A DNA stretch of 63,639 bases, filler included, from Octopus bimaculoides (GCF_001194135.2; 5 parts of 4 records of this genome joined end to end with filler, not necessarily neighbours in it); one strand, 5' to 3'; shown: positions 1 through 12,365, numbered from the whole stretch's first letter. The notes: generated by a model not told the origin, from the sequence alone. Numbers and translations are program-made.

Positions 1-22
1 TGTCATATCCATAAAGGTAGTA

Positions 23-409
23 GTGGAGGCGCAATGGCCCAGTGGTTAGGGCAGCGAACTCGCGGTCATAGGATCGCGGTTTCGACTCCCAGACCGGGCG
101 TTGTGAGTGTTTATTGAGCGAAAACTCCTGAAGCTCCACGAGGCTCCGGCAGGGGATGGTGGCGAACCCTGCTGTACTCTTCCACCACAACTTTCTCTCG
201 CTCTTTCTTCCTGTTTCTGTTGTGTCTGTAATTCAAAGGGTCAGCCTTGTCACACTGTGTCACGCTGAATATCCCCGAGAACTACGTTAAGGGTACACGT
301 ATCAATGGAGTGCTCAGCCACTTGCACGTTAATTTCACTAGCGGGCTGTTCCGTTGATCGGATCAACTGGAACCCTCGACGTCGAAAGCGACGGAGTACC
401 AACAACAAA
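23..409 (+). mobile_element. tRNA-derived SINE, family A, full-length copy
   Basis: Pol III A box TGGCCCAGTGG at 35-45 and B box GGTTTCGACTCC at 78-89; ~390 bp body; (CAA)n tail; near-identical copies elsewhere in the window. Confidence 0.9.
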
Positions 410-796
410 AATCTATGTATGTATGTATGTATGTATGCGTTTGTGTGATCCAGTTCAAATAATGCTAATTGCATAGAAATGCAGTGTGAAAGGTTTATTG
501 AAAAGAATCCTTGAATGCTTCAAGTACGAAGGCCTTTTGTTGTTTCACTTGAAATAACATTTTGAACATAGCAGTGTGACGACGACCAGTTTTTCAAGTT
601 TTTTCTCGTACAACGCCTTGAAATTTTAGTGCAAAAGCAATGATTAAGCATTCGTATTTGGTGGTAAACAATCATTATTGTCGTTATTACACACACACAC
701 TCACACATTCACTCACACATTCACTCACACACAGGCATGTCTATATTTCAACCATAAAGGTGTAACAACTTACCATTTTTTATGTGTCTTCACTCC

Positions 797-799
797 TAT

Positions 800-852
<53 letters not shown>

Positions 853-865
853 TTATCTATATCTA

Positions 866-901
<36 letters not shown>

Positions 902-910
902 CCTATCTAC

Positions 911-963
<53 letters not shown>

Positions 964-1077
964 AATCTATCTATCTATCTATCTATCTATTTATCTATCT
1001 ATCTGTCTATCTATCTATCTACCTATCTATCTACCTATCTACCTATCTATTTATCTATCTATTTGTATATATGTATA
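797..1077. repeat. (TATC)n microsatellite running into assembly gap 1078-1860
   Basis: Direct reading; source of the spurious YLSI/IYLS ORFs. Confidence 0.95.
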
Positions 1078-1860
1078 NNNNNNNNNNNNNNNNNNNNNNN
1101 NNNNNNNNNNNNNNNNNNNNNNNNNNNNNNNNNNNNNNNNNNNNNNNNNNNNNNNNNNNNNNNNNNNNNNNNNNNNNNNNNNNNNNNNNNNNNNNNNNNN
1201 NNNNNNNNNNNNNNNNNNNNNNNNNNNNNNNNNNNNNNNNNNNNNNNNNNNNNNNNNNNNNNNNNNNNNNNNNNNNNNNNNNNNNNNNNNNNNNNNNNNN
1301 NNNNNNNNNNNNNNNNNNNNNNNNNNNNNNNNNNNNNNNNNNNNNNNNNNNNNNNNNNNNNNNNNNNNNNNNNNNNNNNNNNNNNNNNNNNNNNNNNNNN
1401 NNNNNNNNNNNNNNNNNNNNNNNNNNNNNNNNNNNNNNNNNNNNNNNNNNNNNNNNNNNNNNNNNNNNNNNNNNNNNNNNNNNNNNNNNNNNNNNNNNNN
1501 NNNNNNNNNNNNNNNNNNNNNNNNNNNNNNNNNNNNNNNNNNNNNNNNNNNNNNNNNNNNNNNNNNNNNNNNNNNNNNNNNNNNNNNNNNNNNNNNNNNN
1601 NNNNNNNNNNNNNNNNNNNNNNNNNNNNNNNNNNNNNNNNNNNNNNNNNNNNNNNNNNNNNNNNNNNNNNNNNNNNNNNNNNNNNNNNNNNNNNNNNNNN
1701 NNNNNNNNNNNNNNNNNNNNNNNNNNNNNNNNNNNNNNNNNNNNNNNNNNNNNNNNNNNNNNNNNNNNNNNNNNNNNNNNNNNNNNNNNNNNNNNNNNNN
1801 NNNNNNNNNNNNNNNNNNNNNNNNNNNNNNNNNNNNNNNNNNNNNNNNNNNNNNNNNNNN

Positions 1861-1918
<58 letters not shown>

Positions 1919-2506
1919 CGTATGCATGTATGTACAGTCCATTAATATACAGACATACAAGCATATACTTATGTATATGTGTGTGTGAGAGGGAGATTTC
2001 ATGGGTGTAACCATTCAGAATAAGTCACAAGACTAAATATTTTATTTGATTTCAATTTAAATATGTTTACGTAAAATATATACATACCTACGCATGTTTA
2101 TGCAGACATACAAACACATACACTTATACCCACACATATGCAGAAATACTTATGTATATATGTATGTATCTATATATCTGTATGTGCCTTCGTCACTTTA
2201 TTGATAAGATACAAAGATATTCGAAATTGCATGAAGATTTACGTTTGAAAAATACTAAGATTACGAAATAAGTATAATATTGAGCAAGAGGAGCAGCGTG
2301 AATGTAAAAGAAGATAAAATGAATAAATAACAAAATATCCTATTCTAAATTTAGCTTTATTGTTTGAAAAGAATTACAGTCGTATATGACGAACCTCACC
2401 ACGATTCTTTCAACTCCGTAACAGAAAGATTCGTAACTGTAATATCTGAAACAATAGTGAAATTATCGCCAACTGAAGAATTAATTCTTTGAGATAATGT
2501 ATAAAC

Positions 2507-2900
2507 TTGTTGCTGCTGGCACTCCGTCGCTTTCGACGTCGAGGGTTCCAGTTGATCCGATCAACGGAACAGCCTGCTCGTGAAATTAACGTGCAAGTGG
2601 CTGAGCATTCCACAGACACGTGTACCCTTAACGTAGTTCTCGGGGATATTCAGCGTGACACAGAGTGTGACAAGGCTGGCCCCTTTGAATTACAGGCACA
2701 ACAGAAACAGGAAGAAAGAGTGAGAGAAAGTTGTGGTGGAAGAGTACAGCAGGGTTCGCCACCATCCCCTGCCGGGGCCCTGTGGTGCTTTTAGGTGTTT
2801 TCGCTCAATAAACACTCACAACGCCCGGTCTGGGAATCGAAACCGCGATCCTGTGACCGCGAGTCCGTTGCCCTAACCACTGTTGCCATTGCGTCTCCAC
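2507..2900 (-). mobile_element. SINE family A, full-length copy
   Basis: Reverse complement of the 23-409 element, from TTG tail to head ending ...CCATTGCGTCTCCAC. Confidence 0.9.
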
Positions 2901-3015
2901 AATATATAAATATTCTTCTCTTATATCTAGTCGTCTCATCTCACAGTTTCGATGTAGAAGAGAATAGTGTGGTTTTGCGTGTATATATGAATGTATATCT
3001 ACGCGTGGGTATGTT

Positions 3016-3047
<32 letters not shown>

Positions 3048-4118
3048 TGTATGTATGTATGTATGTATGTATGTATGTACGTATGTACGTACGTACGTAT
3101 GTACGCATGCATGCATGTGTGTATGAGTATAGTAGTACCTCAGTTTCGGAACAACTCTGATCGCAAATAAATCGTTCTGGGTAGCAAAATATAATTTCTT
3201 GAAATCAACGTTGCAAAAGAAAAGGGATGTAATAAGAGTGACCTTTCCTTACAACCATCATAGTTGCATGCGCAGTAACTGTGTTTGTCGTTCGTTCATA
3301 ATTTTTCTTTTTCATCAGCAATCAAAACAAGTTTGGAAATATTATTCTTTATGAAAACCATTTATGACGATATCTTTTATGAGATGTTTGCAAGGTTACG
3401 AATGACTAAAATTTGACAACAGAAATATTTTAAAAATCGCAAACACAAATAACGAAACACACTTAGTAGATGTGCGTAGACTGTTAATGGTAATAAGCGA
3501 AACTCCTAGTTTTTGAGTCACTCTCTAACTTTGATCACATAATATAAGATATAAAATAAGAAAGAAGACATATTTATCTTTTGTATTAGCGTAGAAATCA
3601 ATTAATTTCACTTTCTATTGATCTATTTTTTTAAAATTTAATTTAAATCCTTATTTAAGTCTTGCCGGCGCTTGAGATATATTTACTGCGGAATAATCAT
3701 TTGTACCTATCAAATATTATGTCGAAATAGCCCACAAAACTATCAGAAATTTTCAAATGTCATTTTTTCCTCGTTGGAGCCTTTCTTTTATCAAATAAAT
3801 CTTTTCATATGTGAGTGTGTAACATAATATTAACTTAGTGTTTGTCGTTGCTTCCCACTCCAATGTACACTTTTCTATATTTCATTGTCATCCATTCATG
3901 GCCTTCTCGCTTGTGCTGCTAATATGAAATTGCGACTTGATTTTTTTTATTCCACCTTTTTTTTTTTTTATTTAATATAATGTTTTTCTCTTTCTTTCAC
4001 CTGTCATAAAATAAATACTAACCACCAACACAACCTATATTTGATTGTTTATCTACTCAGACAGAGCTGACCTATGGCTAAACAACATTGTGAAGACACC
4101 GATGAAGCCTCTACAAGG

Positions 4119-4456
4119 TTGTTTGTTTGTTTGTTGTCACTCCGTCGCTTACGATGTCGAGGGTTCCAGTTTATCCGATCAACGGAACAGACTGCTCGTG
4201 AAATTAACATGCAAGCGGCTGAGCACTCCACAGACACGTGTACCCTTAACGTAGTTCTCGGGGGATATTCAGCGTGACACAGTGTGACAAGGCTGACCCT
4301 TTGAATTACAGGTACAACAGAAACAGGAAGTAAGAGTGAGAGAAAGTTGTGGTGAAAGAATACAGCAGGGTTCGCCACCATCCCCTGCCGGAGCCTCGTG
4401 GAACTTTAGGTGTTTTCGCTCAATAAACACTCACAACGCCCGGTCTAGGAATCGAA
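4119..4456 (-). mobile_element. SINE family A copy; head runs into gap 4457-5365
   Basis: Matches 2507-2900 up to the B box, then N run. Confidence 0.9.
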
Positions 4457-5365
4457 NNNNNNNNNNNNNNNNNNNNNNNNNNNNNNNNNNNNNNNNNNNN
4501 NNNNNNNNNNNNNNNNNNNNNNNNNNNNNNNNNNNNNNNNNNNNNNNNNNNNNNNNNNNNNNNNNNNNNNNNNNNNNNNNNNNNNNNNNNNNNNNNNNNN
4601 NNNNNNNNNNNNNNNNNNNNNNNNNNNNNNNNNNNNNNNNNNNNNNNNNNNNNNNNNNNNNNNNNNNNNNNNNNNNNNNNNNNNNNNNNNNNNNNNNNNN
4701 NNNNNNNNNNNNNNNNNNNNNNNNNNNNNNNNNNNNNNNNNNNNNNNNNNNNNNNNNNNNNNNNNNNNNNNNNNNNNNNNNNNNNNNNNNNNNNNNNNNN
4801 NNNNNNNNNNNNNNNNNNNNNNNNNNNNNNNNNNNNNNNNNNNNNNNNNNNNNNNNNNNNNNNNNNNNNNNNNNNNNNNNNNNNNNNNNNNNNNNNNNNN
4901 NNNNNNNNNNNNNNNNNNNNNNNNNNNNNNNNNNNNNNNNNNNNNNNNNNNNNNNNNNNNNNNNNNNNNNNNNNNNNNNNNNNNNNNNNNNNNNNNNNNN
5001 NNNNNNNNNNNNNNNNNNNNNNNNNNNNNNNNNNNNNNNNNNNNNNNNNNNNNNNNNNNNNNNNNNNNNNNNNNNNNNNNNNNNNNNNNNNNNNNNNNNN
5101 NNNNNNNNNNNNNNNNNNNNNNNNNNNNNNNNNNNNNNNNNNNNNNNNNNNNNNNNNNNNNNNNNNNNNNNNNNNNNNNNNNNNNNNNNNNNNNNNNNNN
5201 NNNNNNNNNNNNNNNNNNNNNNNNNNNNNNNNNNNNNNNNNNNNNNNNNNNNNNNNNNNNNNNNNNNNNNNNNNNNNNNNNNNNNNNNNNNNNNNNNNNN
5301 NNNNNNNNNNNNNNNNNNNNNNNNNNNNNNNNNNNNNNNNNNNNNNNNNNNNNNNNNNNNNNNNN

Positions 5366-5419
<54 letters not shown>

Positions 5420-5688
5420 TACGTATGTGTGTCTGTATATCGTTCCTTCTCTCTCTCACACACAGACGCACATACATGTGTGTGTGCATGCGTGTGTGTG
5501 TATCTGCATGTGTGTGTTTGTGTGTGTGTGTGTGTGTAACGATAGATAAACAAAAAGATAGATAAAGAAATTGATAGAAAGGAATAAGCTGTCTCTAGTT
5601 TAGATTCCCTTAAGTATTTTTCTGCGCATAACATATCTGTGACCATTTGACATTAAAGACACAGATGACACGCTCGATCGTGCGCATT

Positions 5689-5725
5689 TATATAAATTGC
5701 TGCTCCAAAGCTTCATTATTCAGTT
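5689..5725 (+). promoter_or_regulatory. Putative TATA box + initiator core promoter of the LRR gene
   Basis: TATATAAA at 5689-5696; TCAGTT Inr at 5720-5725 with its A at 5722, which puts TATAAA (5691) at -31; followed by a perfect GTAAGT donor at 5765. Confidence 0.55.
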
Positions 5726-5764
5726 GGGCATCGAAGACTTCGGTTTGGCTTCGTGGAAGAACAT
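5722..5764 (+). other. Putative non-coding exon 1 (5' UTR) of the LRR gene
   Basis: Runs from the predicted TSS to AACAT|GTAAGT; the coding exon at 8112 has a strong acceptor upstream of its ATG, so an upstream exon is expected. Confidence 0.5.
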
Positions 5765-6639
5765 GTAAGTACATTGCTTATACATGATCAAAAATTTTTT
5801 AAATTCTGTATTTAGTTTTAAATTGCAAAATTACATTTCGCATCTACTAAAAATATATTACGGAGATGTACTTGCATAGCAAGTGACCTGATCTGAGATC
5901 GTGTGCTGGAACGAAAACAATTGCAGCGTGGAAGGTGTTTATAAGCAATTTAAAATAACACACAAAAGATTCACTTCAACATTTAAATTTAATTTGTCAA
6001 AATATTTTCGTTGCTTTGAGACCGCGACCTGTTCACTGACAAAATTCTTTTCGATTTTTGGAATTATTACATACATGCAAAAATTTATGTTTCTTCAGTA
6101 AACCGAATCTTTTCCTTTTCTTCTACATCGTTTGTCATTTCATACTATTCTAGTTCGGAAACACTTGGAATTACTATACTGGAAAAATACTCCTCCAAAA
6201 TTCTGTTTTAATGTCTCGGTCATAACACTTTCAAGTCGAATAAGACTACAATTGTTTTGTATTCCATATTTCATATTTTGTATTCCATATTTCATATTTT
6301 GTATTCCATATTTCAGAACTTAAGTGATTTTTTTTCTGTAATTATATTTATATAGTTTACCGTTTTTAGTATTGGCTTTTTGTGTTTGTTTGTTAGTCGC
6401 TGTTTGTGTTTCTATGGAACTCAGTGCATTACTTTGCGATGGGGCTTATAAAGTTGCTTAGACGGCCGAACATGTATCGATTTCATTTCCCTTTTTTCCC
6501 TATTCCATTTCCCTTTTGTTACTTTCAATAATTCTAGGAGTTCCTTGTGGAATAGCCACTCTTACTTTACAAAGCATTGATTCTCTTTAGAATTCCAGCC
6601 GGCTTAAAAGCGTTTAGGCGACAGGGAAAACGCAAACTT

Positions 6640-7860
6640 ATTAATGGTGATGGCTTGGCTACTGACATAGTAGTCGCCTCAGATAATACCGTCCTCTGCT
6701 CTACTGAAGCGGGCCTGGCTGCCTATCGACGCTACTTTACACCTCAGACCCATTCTTTCACACAGCTTTCAGGCGCCCTAGAAAGACATCCTCACTTCTC
6801 TGGGGTCTTTCCCTGCCAGTAGCAGCGGACGTGCCAATGGTGTCAGACGCGGCTACCTCAAGTATTGTTGCATCCACTTATTGCCCGAGCCGGGCGCCAC
6901 CTGCTGAGGGCAACTACGATTCTCATTAACAGATTCATTTGCGGCATCCTGAGCCCTTATTCTCGAAGCATCTTCCTCTCATCCCGCCAAATCGTAGGCA
7001 ATATCTTCCGGAGGCTCGTGGCCAAAGTTATCTGCAGATTTATCACATCCAAACTAGGTGAGAAACACAACCCGGTGCAGCTGGGGTAGCTATCAGATGC
7101 GAGGATGAAGCGCATGGTATTAGACAGTTCTTCAATAACTATCCTCTTGAGCCGACATCGAGCGATTCCCAGCTTGGCATGAAAAATGTCTTCAATTATC
7201 TGAACCGCGACCACTTGCACCAGGCCTGCCTCAACTGCCTGTCTACCCGCTGCCTATCTGCTGTCTTGCCTTTCGTACGGGGCTCCGAGCTCGCTCCTCA
7301 CCTCAAATAAAGTCATACTGTTTTTGACTGGCATTCAACAAGGTGATCCATTGGATCCCTCCTATTCGCTTTCGGGGTGGACAGCATTGCTCGGTGCATC
7401 AAATCTCCCTTCGATGCCTGGTAGCTGGATGATGCAACGACAGTTTGAGAATTTCTGCCACGATCTCCGATCTGTGGTTCCCACTCTAGTGAAGATTGAT
7501 CTGGAGTTATACTTGTCGTACGTTCACTGCTTCTACAGGTACAGGTGACTTCGAAAGATGCGTTCAGTTCTCAGATACACCTGCCTGCCATTCGCTCTTC
7601 AATCAGATCTAAGCTTCGCCAGATTGACGAATAGACTGAATGTGATCGACGTCCACCCAGCATTGTTCCTGTCAAAGAACTGCCTCACCATGCCAAAGTA
7701 ATTGTATTCTCTACGCATTGCTCTTTGCTACAAATCCGTGTTTCTCTTCACATATCTCGACGCCTGTATCCAACGGGTCACTGAAGAGATATACAACATT
7801 TGGCTTGATGACACTGGATGGCGGCCTAAGCACTGGGCCATTGTGCCTCCACGTAGTAAC
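6640..7860 (+). mobile_element. Degenerate non-LTR retrotransposon RT region, CRE-clade-like (frameshifted fossil)
   Basis: Motifs across shifting frames: SFPASSSGRANGVR, IVGNIFRRLVAKVIC, PVQLGV, MKNVFNYLNRDHL, GIQQGDPLDP, AW*LDDAT (decayed YxDD) and HPALFLSKNCLTMPK; order matches CRE-type RT. Confidence 0.75.
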
Positions 7861-8131
7861 ACGAACACAGCGCGCTACCGTATAGAAGTGTGTATGAGCG
7901 GATCGAGACATTTAAAAATAACCGGACAAGCATGAAGCGCGAAAATGAGATACGATGCCCATCAGCCTCCACCACTGACATTCAACAAGCTCGTGAGAGG
8001 GATCTGATGGGGGTCTATCGATGAGGTGGTCATCTTTGTTCCTCGAAGAATCTGCAATATAAATTAGATAGTATCGGAGTGTCTGATATCTTGCATTTTC
8101 TTCTTTTACAGATTAATCTACGCATGAAAAT

Positions 8132-8322
8132 ATGTTCCGGCAAAATTTCCATGTCATGTTGACTTTTGTGTTGCTACTATACCTGAGGCTGTTTTTGGAG
8201 GCTCACGCTGTTTCTGACGTTTGCAACTTATGTAGATGTAATGATGATACTACGCGTATAACTTGTAGATATCTCAATTTGACTTCTGTTCCACAGAATA
8301 TTCCCCACGATGTTAAATATTT
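8132..8322 (+). CDS. LRR gene coding exon 1: signal peptide + LRRNT cap (MFRQNFHVMLTFVLLLYLRLFLEAHA-VSDVCNLCRCNDDTTRITCRYLNLTSVPQNIPHDVKYL)
   Basis: Acceptor TTTTACAG at 8111; hydrophobic signal ending AHA; LRRNT pattern CxxCxC...C....L..VP..IP; phase-2 donor TT|GTAAGT. Confidence 0.9.
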
Positions 8323-8518
8323 GTAAGTATTTGACAATTCTTTTTACATATTTTCCACATACAATGTTTTAAACTGTCATTGACTATGTGCTTGGCAAAT
8401 GCCTTATAGGGTTGATCTCACAGCTTTAAGCACCATATTATGTTGTAGTATAACAAGTCATTATGTTACTTGCTATGAAATCAAGTAGACTGTGTGTCTC
8501 AATACACATTGACTTATT

Positions 8519-8900
8519 TGTTGGCACTCCATCGGTTACGACGTCGAGGGTTCCAGTTGATCCGATCAACGGAACAGCCTGCTCGTGAAATTAACCTGCA
8601 AGTGGCTGAGCACTCCACAGACACGTGTACCCTTAACGTAGTTCTCGGGGATATTCAGCGTGACACAGTGTGACAAGGCTGACCCTTTGAATTACAGGCA
8701 CAACAGAAACAGGAAGTAAGAGTGAGAGAAAGTTGTGATGAAAGAGTACAGCAGGGTTCGCCACCATCCCCTGCCGGAGCCTCGTGGAACATTAGGTGTT
8801 TTCGCTCAATAAACACTCACAACACCCGGTCTGGGAATCGAAACCGCGATCCTATGACCGCGAGTCCGCTTCCCTAACCACTGGGCCATTGCGCCTCCAC
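8519..8900 (-). mobile_element. SINE family A, full-length intronic antisense copy
   Basis: Near-identical to 2507-2900. Confidence 0.9.
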
Positions 8901-8909
8901 AATATGAAC

Positions 8910-9095
8910 ATTGTTGTTGTTGGCACTCCGTCGCTTACGACGTCGAGGGTTCCAGTTGANNNNNNNNNNTTTGTTGGCACTCCATCGGTTACGACGTCGA
9001 GGGTTCCAGTTGATCCGATCAACGGAACAGCCTGCTCGTGAAATTAACGTGCAAGTGTCTGAGTACTCCACAGACACGCGTACCCTTAACGTAGT
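8910..9095 (-). mobile_element. Two tandem 3' fragments of SINE family A separated by a 10-N gap
   Basis: Tail sequence at 8910-8959 repeated at 8971-9095; may be partly an assembly overlap. Confidence 0.75.
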
Positions 9096-9645
9096 AAACA
9101 TTTCATTTTTTATTGCCTACTTCGGCTGGAAAACATTTTAGACTAATCAAAGCCAAACACGAAGTGCAATACAATTATATACACAGATACATATATACAT
9201 GTATAGACTCATGGGCATACACATGCGCAGTCATTTGTGCCTAACATACACCACAATATATCTAATCCTGTAAGTTGTAACTTTAACGTTGCACAGTTCA
9301 CACTTTCTTTAATCCTCTTCCTAATATATTTATACCAACAGCTTTATAAACAGTGAAGTTTCTATTATGACAACCCACATTCGTTTATATATTTTATTGA
9401 GCCTACTGTCTTATTTTACTGATATTACTATTATTATTTTGTATATTAATTTCTATATATTCCCTAATATCTTTTAATAATCATTATCATTATCATCATC
9501 ATTTTGACCCATCATTATCATCCTTTAATTTCACTTTTAGTTATTTTCTTCCCTTCCTGCATTTTATTAATTAGATATTATATTAAATATTTTATCCCAA
9601 ACCTCTTTTATTACTATTTCTTATCAATTCTCTTTTATCTTACAG

Positions 9646-9717
9646 AGATCTATCCTATAATAAAATATCGAATATTGGAAAAGAATCCTTCAAAAATCTT
9701 TCCAGTTTAGAGGAGTT
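9646..9717 (+). CDS. LRR exon 1 (DLSYNKISNIGKESFKNLSSLEEL)
   Basis: 72 bp, TTACAG acceptor, GTAAGT donor, phase 2/2, open frame, typical LxLxxNxIxxIxxxxFxxLxxL repeat. Confidence 0.92.
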
Positions 9718-9970
9718 GTAAGTTGAATCAGTCTCTCTAATAGAATCTCTTTCATTGTATATTTATAAATAATTTATGTTTACCCATATTTCTTCTCCGT
9801 CTCTTTGCCATTCTGTGTTTCACATTTTATCCCACTATATGTTTGTGAGTGTGTGCGTGAATGTGTGTAAAAATATGAGTGTTCTCTGCATGCAATTGAT
9901 TGTACATATTTAATATTTGATGATAAATCTCTTCTATATCATTTTTTATCAATTGTCTTTTATCTTACAG

Positions 9971-10042
9971 AGTACTATCCCGTAATGAGATCTCAGAAAT
10001 TGAACATGGCTGCTTTGATGATCTTCCCAAGTTACGCATTTT
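9971..10042 (+). CDS. LRR exon 2 (VLSRNEISEIEHGCFDDLPKLRIL)
   Basis: 72 bp, TTACAG/GTAAGT, phase 2/2, LRR consensus. Confidence 0.92.
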
Positions 10043-10329
10043 GTAAGTTCGAACAGTGTTACTGATCCTCTTTCTTTGTTTATTTCGAAATAATCAATGT
10101 TTTCCCATATTTCTTCTCTTCCGAATAGGAAAAAGAATAAAAATAAAGAAAAGGTGAATAAAGAAATTTAAAGGAATATACAGTTATACACACACACACA
10201 AAGGCCCATAAACACAGTTACACACATGATATTAAACGCTGATGTAGGCCTCAAACATTCATATTGTCACACACCTTCACGCACACACACTTCAGTCAGC
10301 AGCCTCGGGAGTTTCCGCTGCCTACGTAC

Positions 10330-10610
10330 TTACGTATTACACCAGAAATGACGCCCCAGATACAACAAATGTTACATCGGTAGCACAGTCCGACCGCTCC
10401 ACTTCTGAATGAAGGAGCGCCTCACTACCGACGCATCTTCCTTCCACAAACACCTCACCAAATACTTCAACACTGTGATAGATTCTTCCATATTGGCCTC
10501 GGAGAAAAACAATGGAAATCTTCATAACAAGGAAGCTATATTGGTCATCACACCGACAATTAATAGTCTAATAAACCACCATTTTACTGAAAATACAACA
10601 GGCCCAATGA
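10330..10610 (+). mobile_element. Penelope-like element GIY-YIG endonuclease fragment (fossil)
   Basis: One frame reads NKCYIGSTVRPLHF*MKERLTTDASSFHKHL...ILASEKNNGNLHNKEAILV...PTIN, matching the PLE YIGxTxRxLxxRxxEH and LxIKEAxxI motifs. Confidence 0.75.
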
Positions 10611-10646
10611 AAATCGCGGGACAACAGTAAAGAAATTAACTTACCA

Positions 10647-10707
<61 letters not shown>

Positions 10708-10717
10708 NNNNNNNNNN

Positions 10718-10764
<47 letters not shown>

Positions 10765-10929
10765 TGTGTGTGTGTGTGTATGTGTGTGTGTGTGTGTGTG
10801 TGTTATTTACATATCCACTTCTACTTTTTGTAATTCGTCATCTTCTTTATCTGTCTCATATTTATCGCGTTTCTTCTTTTTCGCATTTTCCTATTCCTGT
10901 TCTATTTTAGTACTTTACACTTCATCTTA

Positions 10930-11090
10930 ATCATCATCATCATCAGGATCACCATCACAATCATCTTCACTCATCATCATCATCATCAACATCATTGATA
11001 TTATTATCATGCATTATCATCACCAGCAGCATCATCACCCTCATTATCACAATCATCTTCACTCATCATCATCATCATCAACATCATTCA
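10930..11090. repeat. (CAT)n-rich low-complexity tract preceding an LRR exon unit
   Basis: Direct reading; homologous tracts at about 9480-9520 and 12795-13015. Confidence 0.85.
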
Positions 11091-11205
11091 TTCTTTCACT
11101 TTTAGTTGTTGTATTTCTCTTCTTGCTTCTAATTCATTAAGCATAACATTTATTAGTTTATCCCATGTCTATATTATTTCTTTACAATTCTCTTTTATCT
11201 TACAG

Positions 11206-11277
11206 AGATTTATCCCATAATCAGATCTCAAATACTGAACAAGGATACTTCGGAAAACTTACCAGTTTACAAACTCT
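11206..11277 (+). CDS. LRR exon 3 (DLSHNQISNTEQGYFGKLTSLQTL)
   Basis: 72 bp, TTACAG/GTAAGT, phase 2/2; LRR consensus with some atypical residues. Confidence 0.85.
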
Positions 11278-11307
11278 GTAAGTTGGATCAGGCTTGTTGA
11301 TACTCTT

Positions 11308-11640
11308 AAAAACACATAAAAAGCTGGCTGAGAAATTTAATGAAATATTAGCAGAGCCAGTGACAATGTCTGAATGGCTCATGGAAGGGAAAACTATTCT
11401 AATTCCCAAATCCACTGAAACGGCAAATCTACAAAATTACAGACCGATAACTTGTTTCCCTACAATTTACAGAGCCTTTACTGCAATAATATCGCAGAGA
11501 ATGGGTAAACATCTGGTAGGAAACTTGCTTCCAGAGGAGCAATCAGGATGCTGCATGAGCTCATACGGCTGTAAATATCAGCTACTGATCAATAAAGCTA
11601 TAACTGAAGACATCCGTAGAAAGAAGAAATATCTATGAGT
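11308..11640 (+). mobile_element. Non-LTR retrotransposon RT fragment, R4/Dong-like
   Basis: EWLMEGKTILIPK...NYRPITCFPTIYRAFTAII...LLPEEQSGC..SSYGCKYQLLINKAI is the RT domain 0-2 region of REL-type LINEs. Confidence 0.85.
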
Positions 11641-12365
11641 CCTGACCGAAGTGTCTGTTTTCAATCTTTCCGCCGCATTTTCACTATAGTCTGTTCGTCG
11701 TTTCTTCTAGGTTCTTGTCCATATGAAGGAATGCAAAATGTTGTCATTTAGTCGGACCACGGGGAAATTTCGTGGTAAATTGCAATGACTCAGCGTCTGA
11801 AGATAGACTCCAAATCAGTCTTACTCAGACGCAAAATACTGACTTTCAACTAATCGAAACTGATCAGAGCTCCATTCATGCCGCATTCTTTACTAATCCC
11901 TTCGATGATGTATCTTGTGAGTAGGAAGTTATAGCGGAGAGATCTGTTTGATAAGACATATGCTTGAGCCTCAACTACCAGAGCATCGACGACAAGTGCC
12001 AACCCGTTCTGTTACCCGTTACAGTAGACATATGCCAAGGATTATCAAATATATCCGGCATATGAAGATAAATCGCATGAAGCAGCTCATCCTGCCCTGG
12101 AGGCCTCTACCTGGTGCAGCCCGTCATCGATTCTCCAATTTCTGTCAGATACTATCAGCCTGTTGCAAAACTGCACATCTTATATCAAGAGTCACGTCAG
12201 GCCATTGAATTAGACAATTAATTAGACATTGAATTAGACAATTAAACACTCGTCATTACCGATTCATCGAAGACCAAATTGTAATTTCCTGTAATTAGTT
12301 AATTAAACATGATATTTGATATTTCATCCCAGGTCTCTTCTATTTCTTATCCTTTTATATTACAG

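Noticed and set aside
25-100. tRNA-like sequence
   Set aside because: Head of a SINE; no complete cloverleaf and continues into a repeat body
2507-4456. ORFs recurring at 250, 2507, 4074, 8911 and 34836
   Set aside because: Chance frames within SINE family A copies, not a gene family
8910-9095. Biological tandem triplication of SINE tails
   Set aside because: The two fragments overlap in sequence across a 10-N gap, consistent with a contig-overlap artefact
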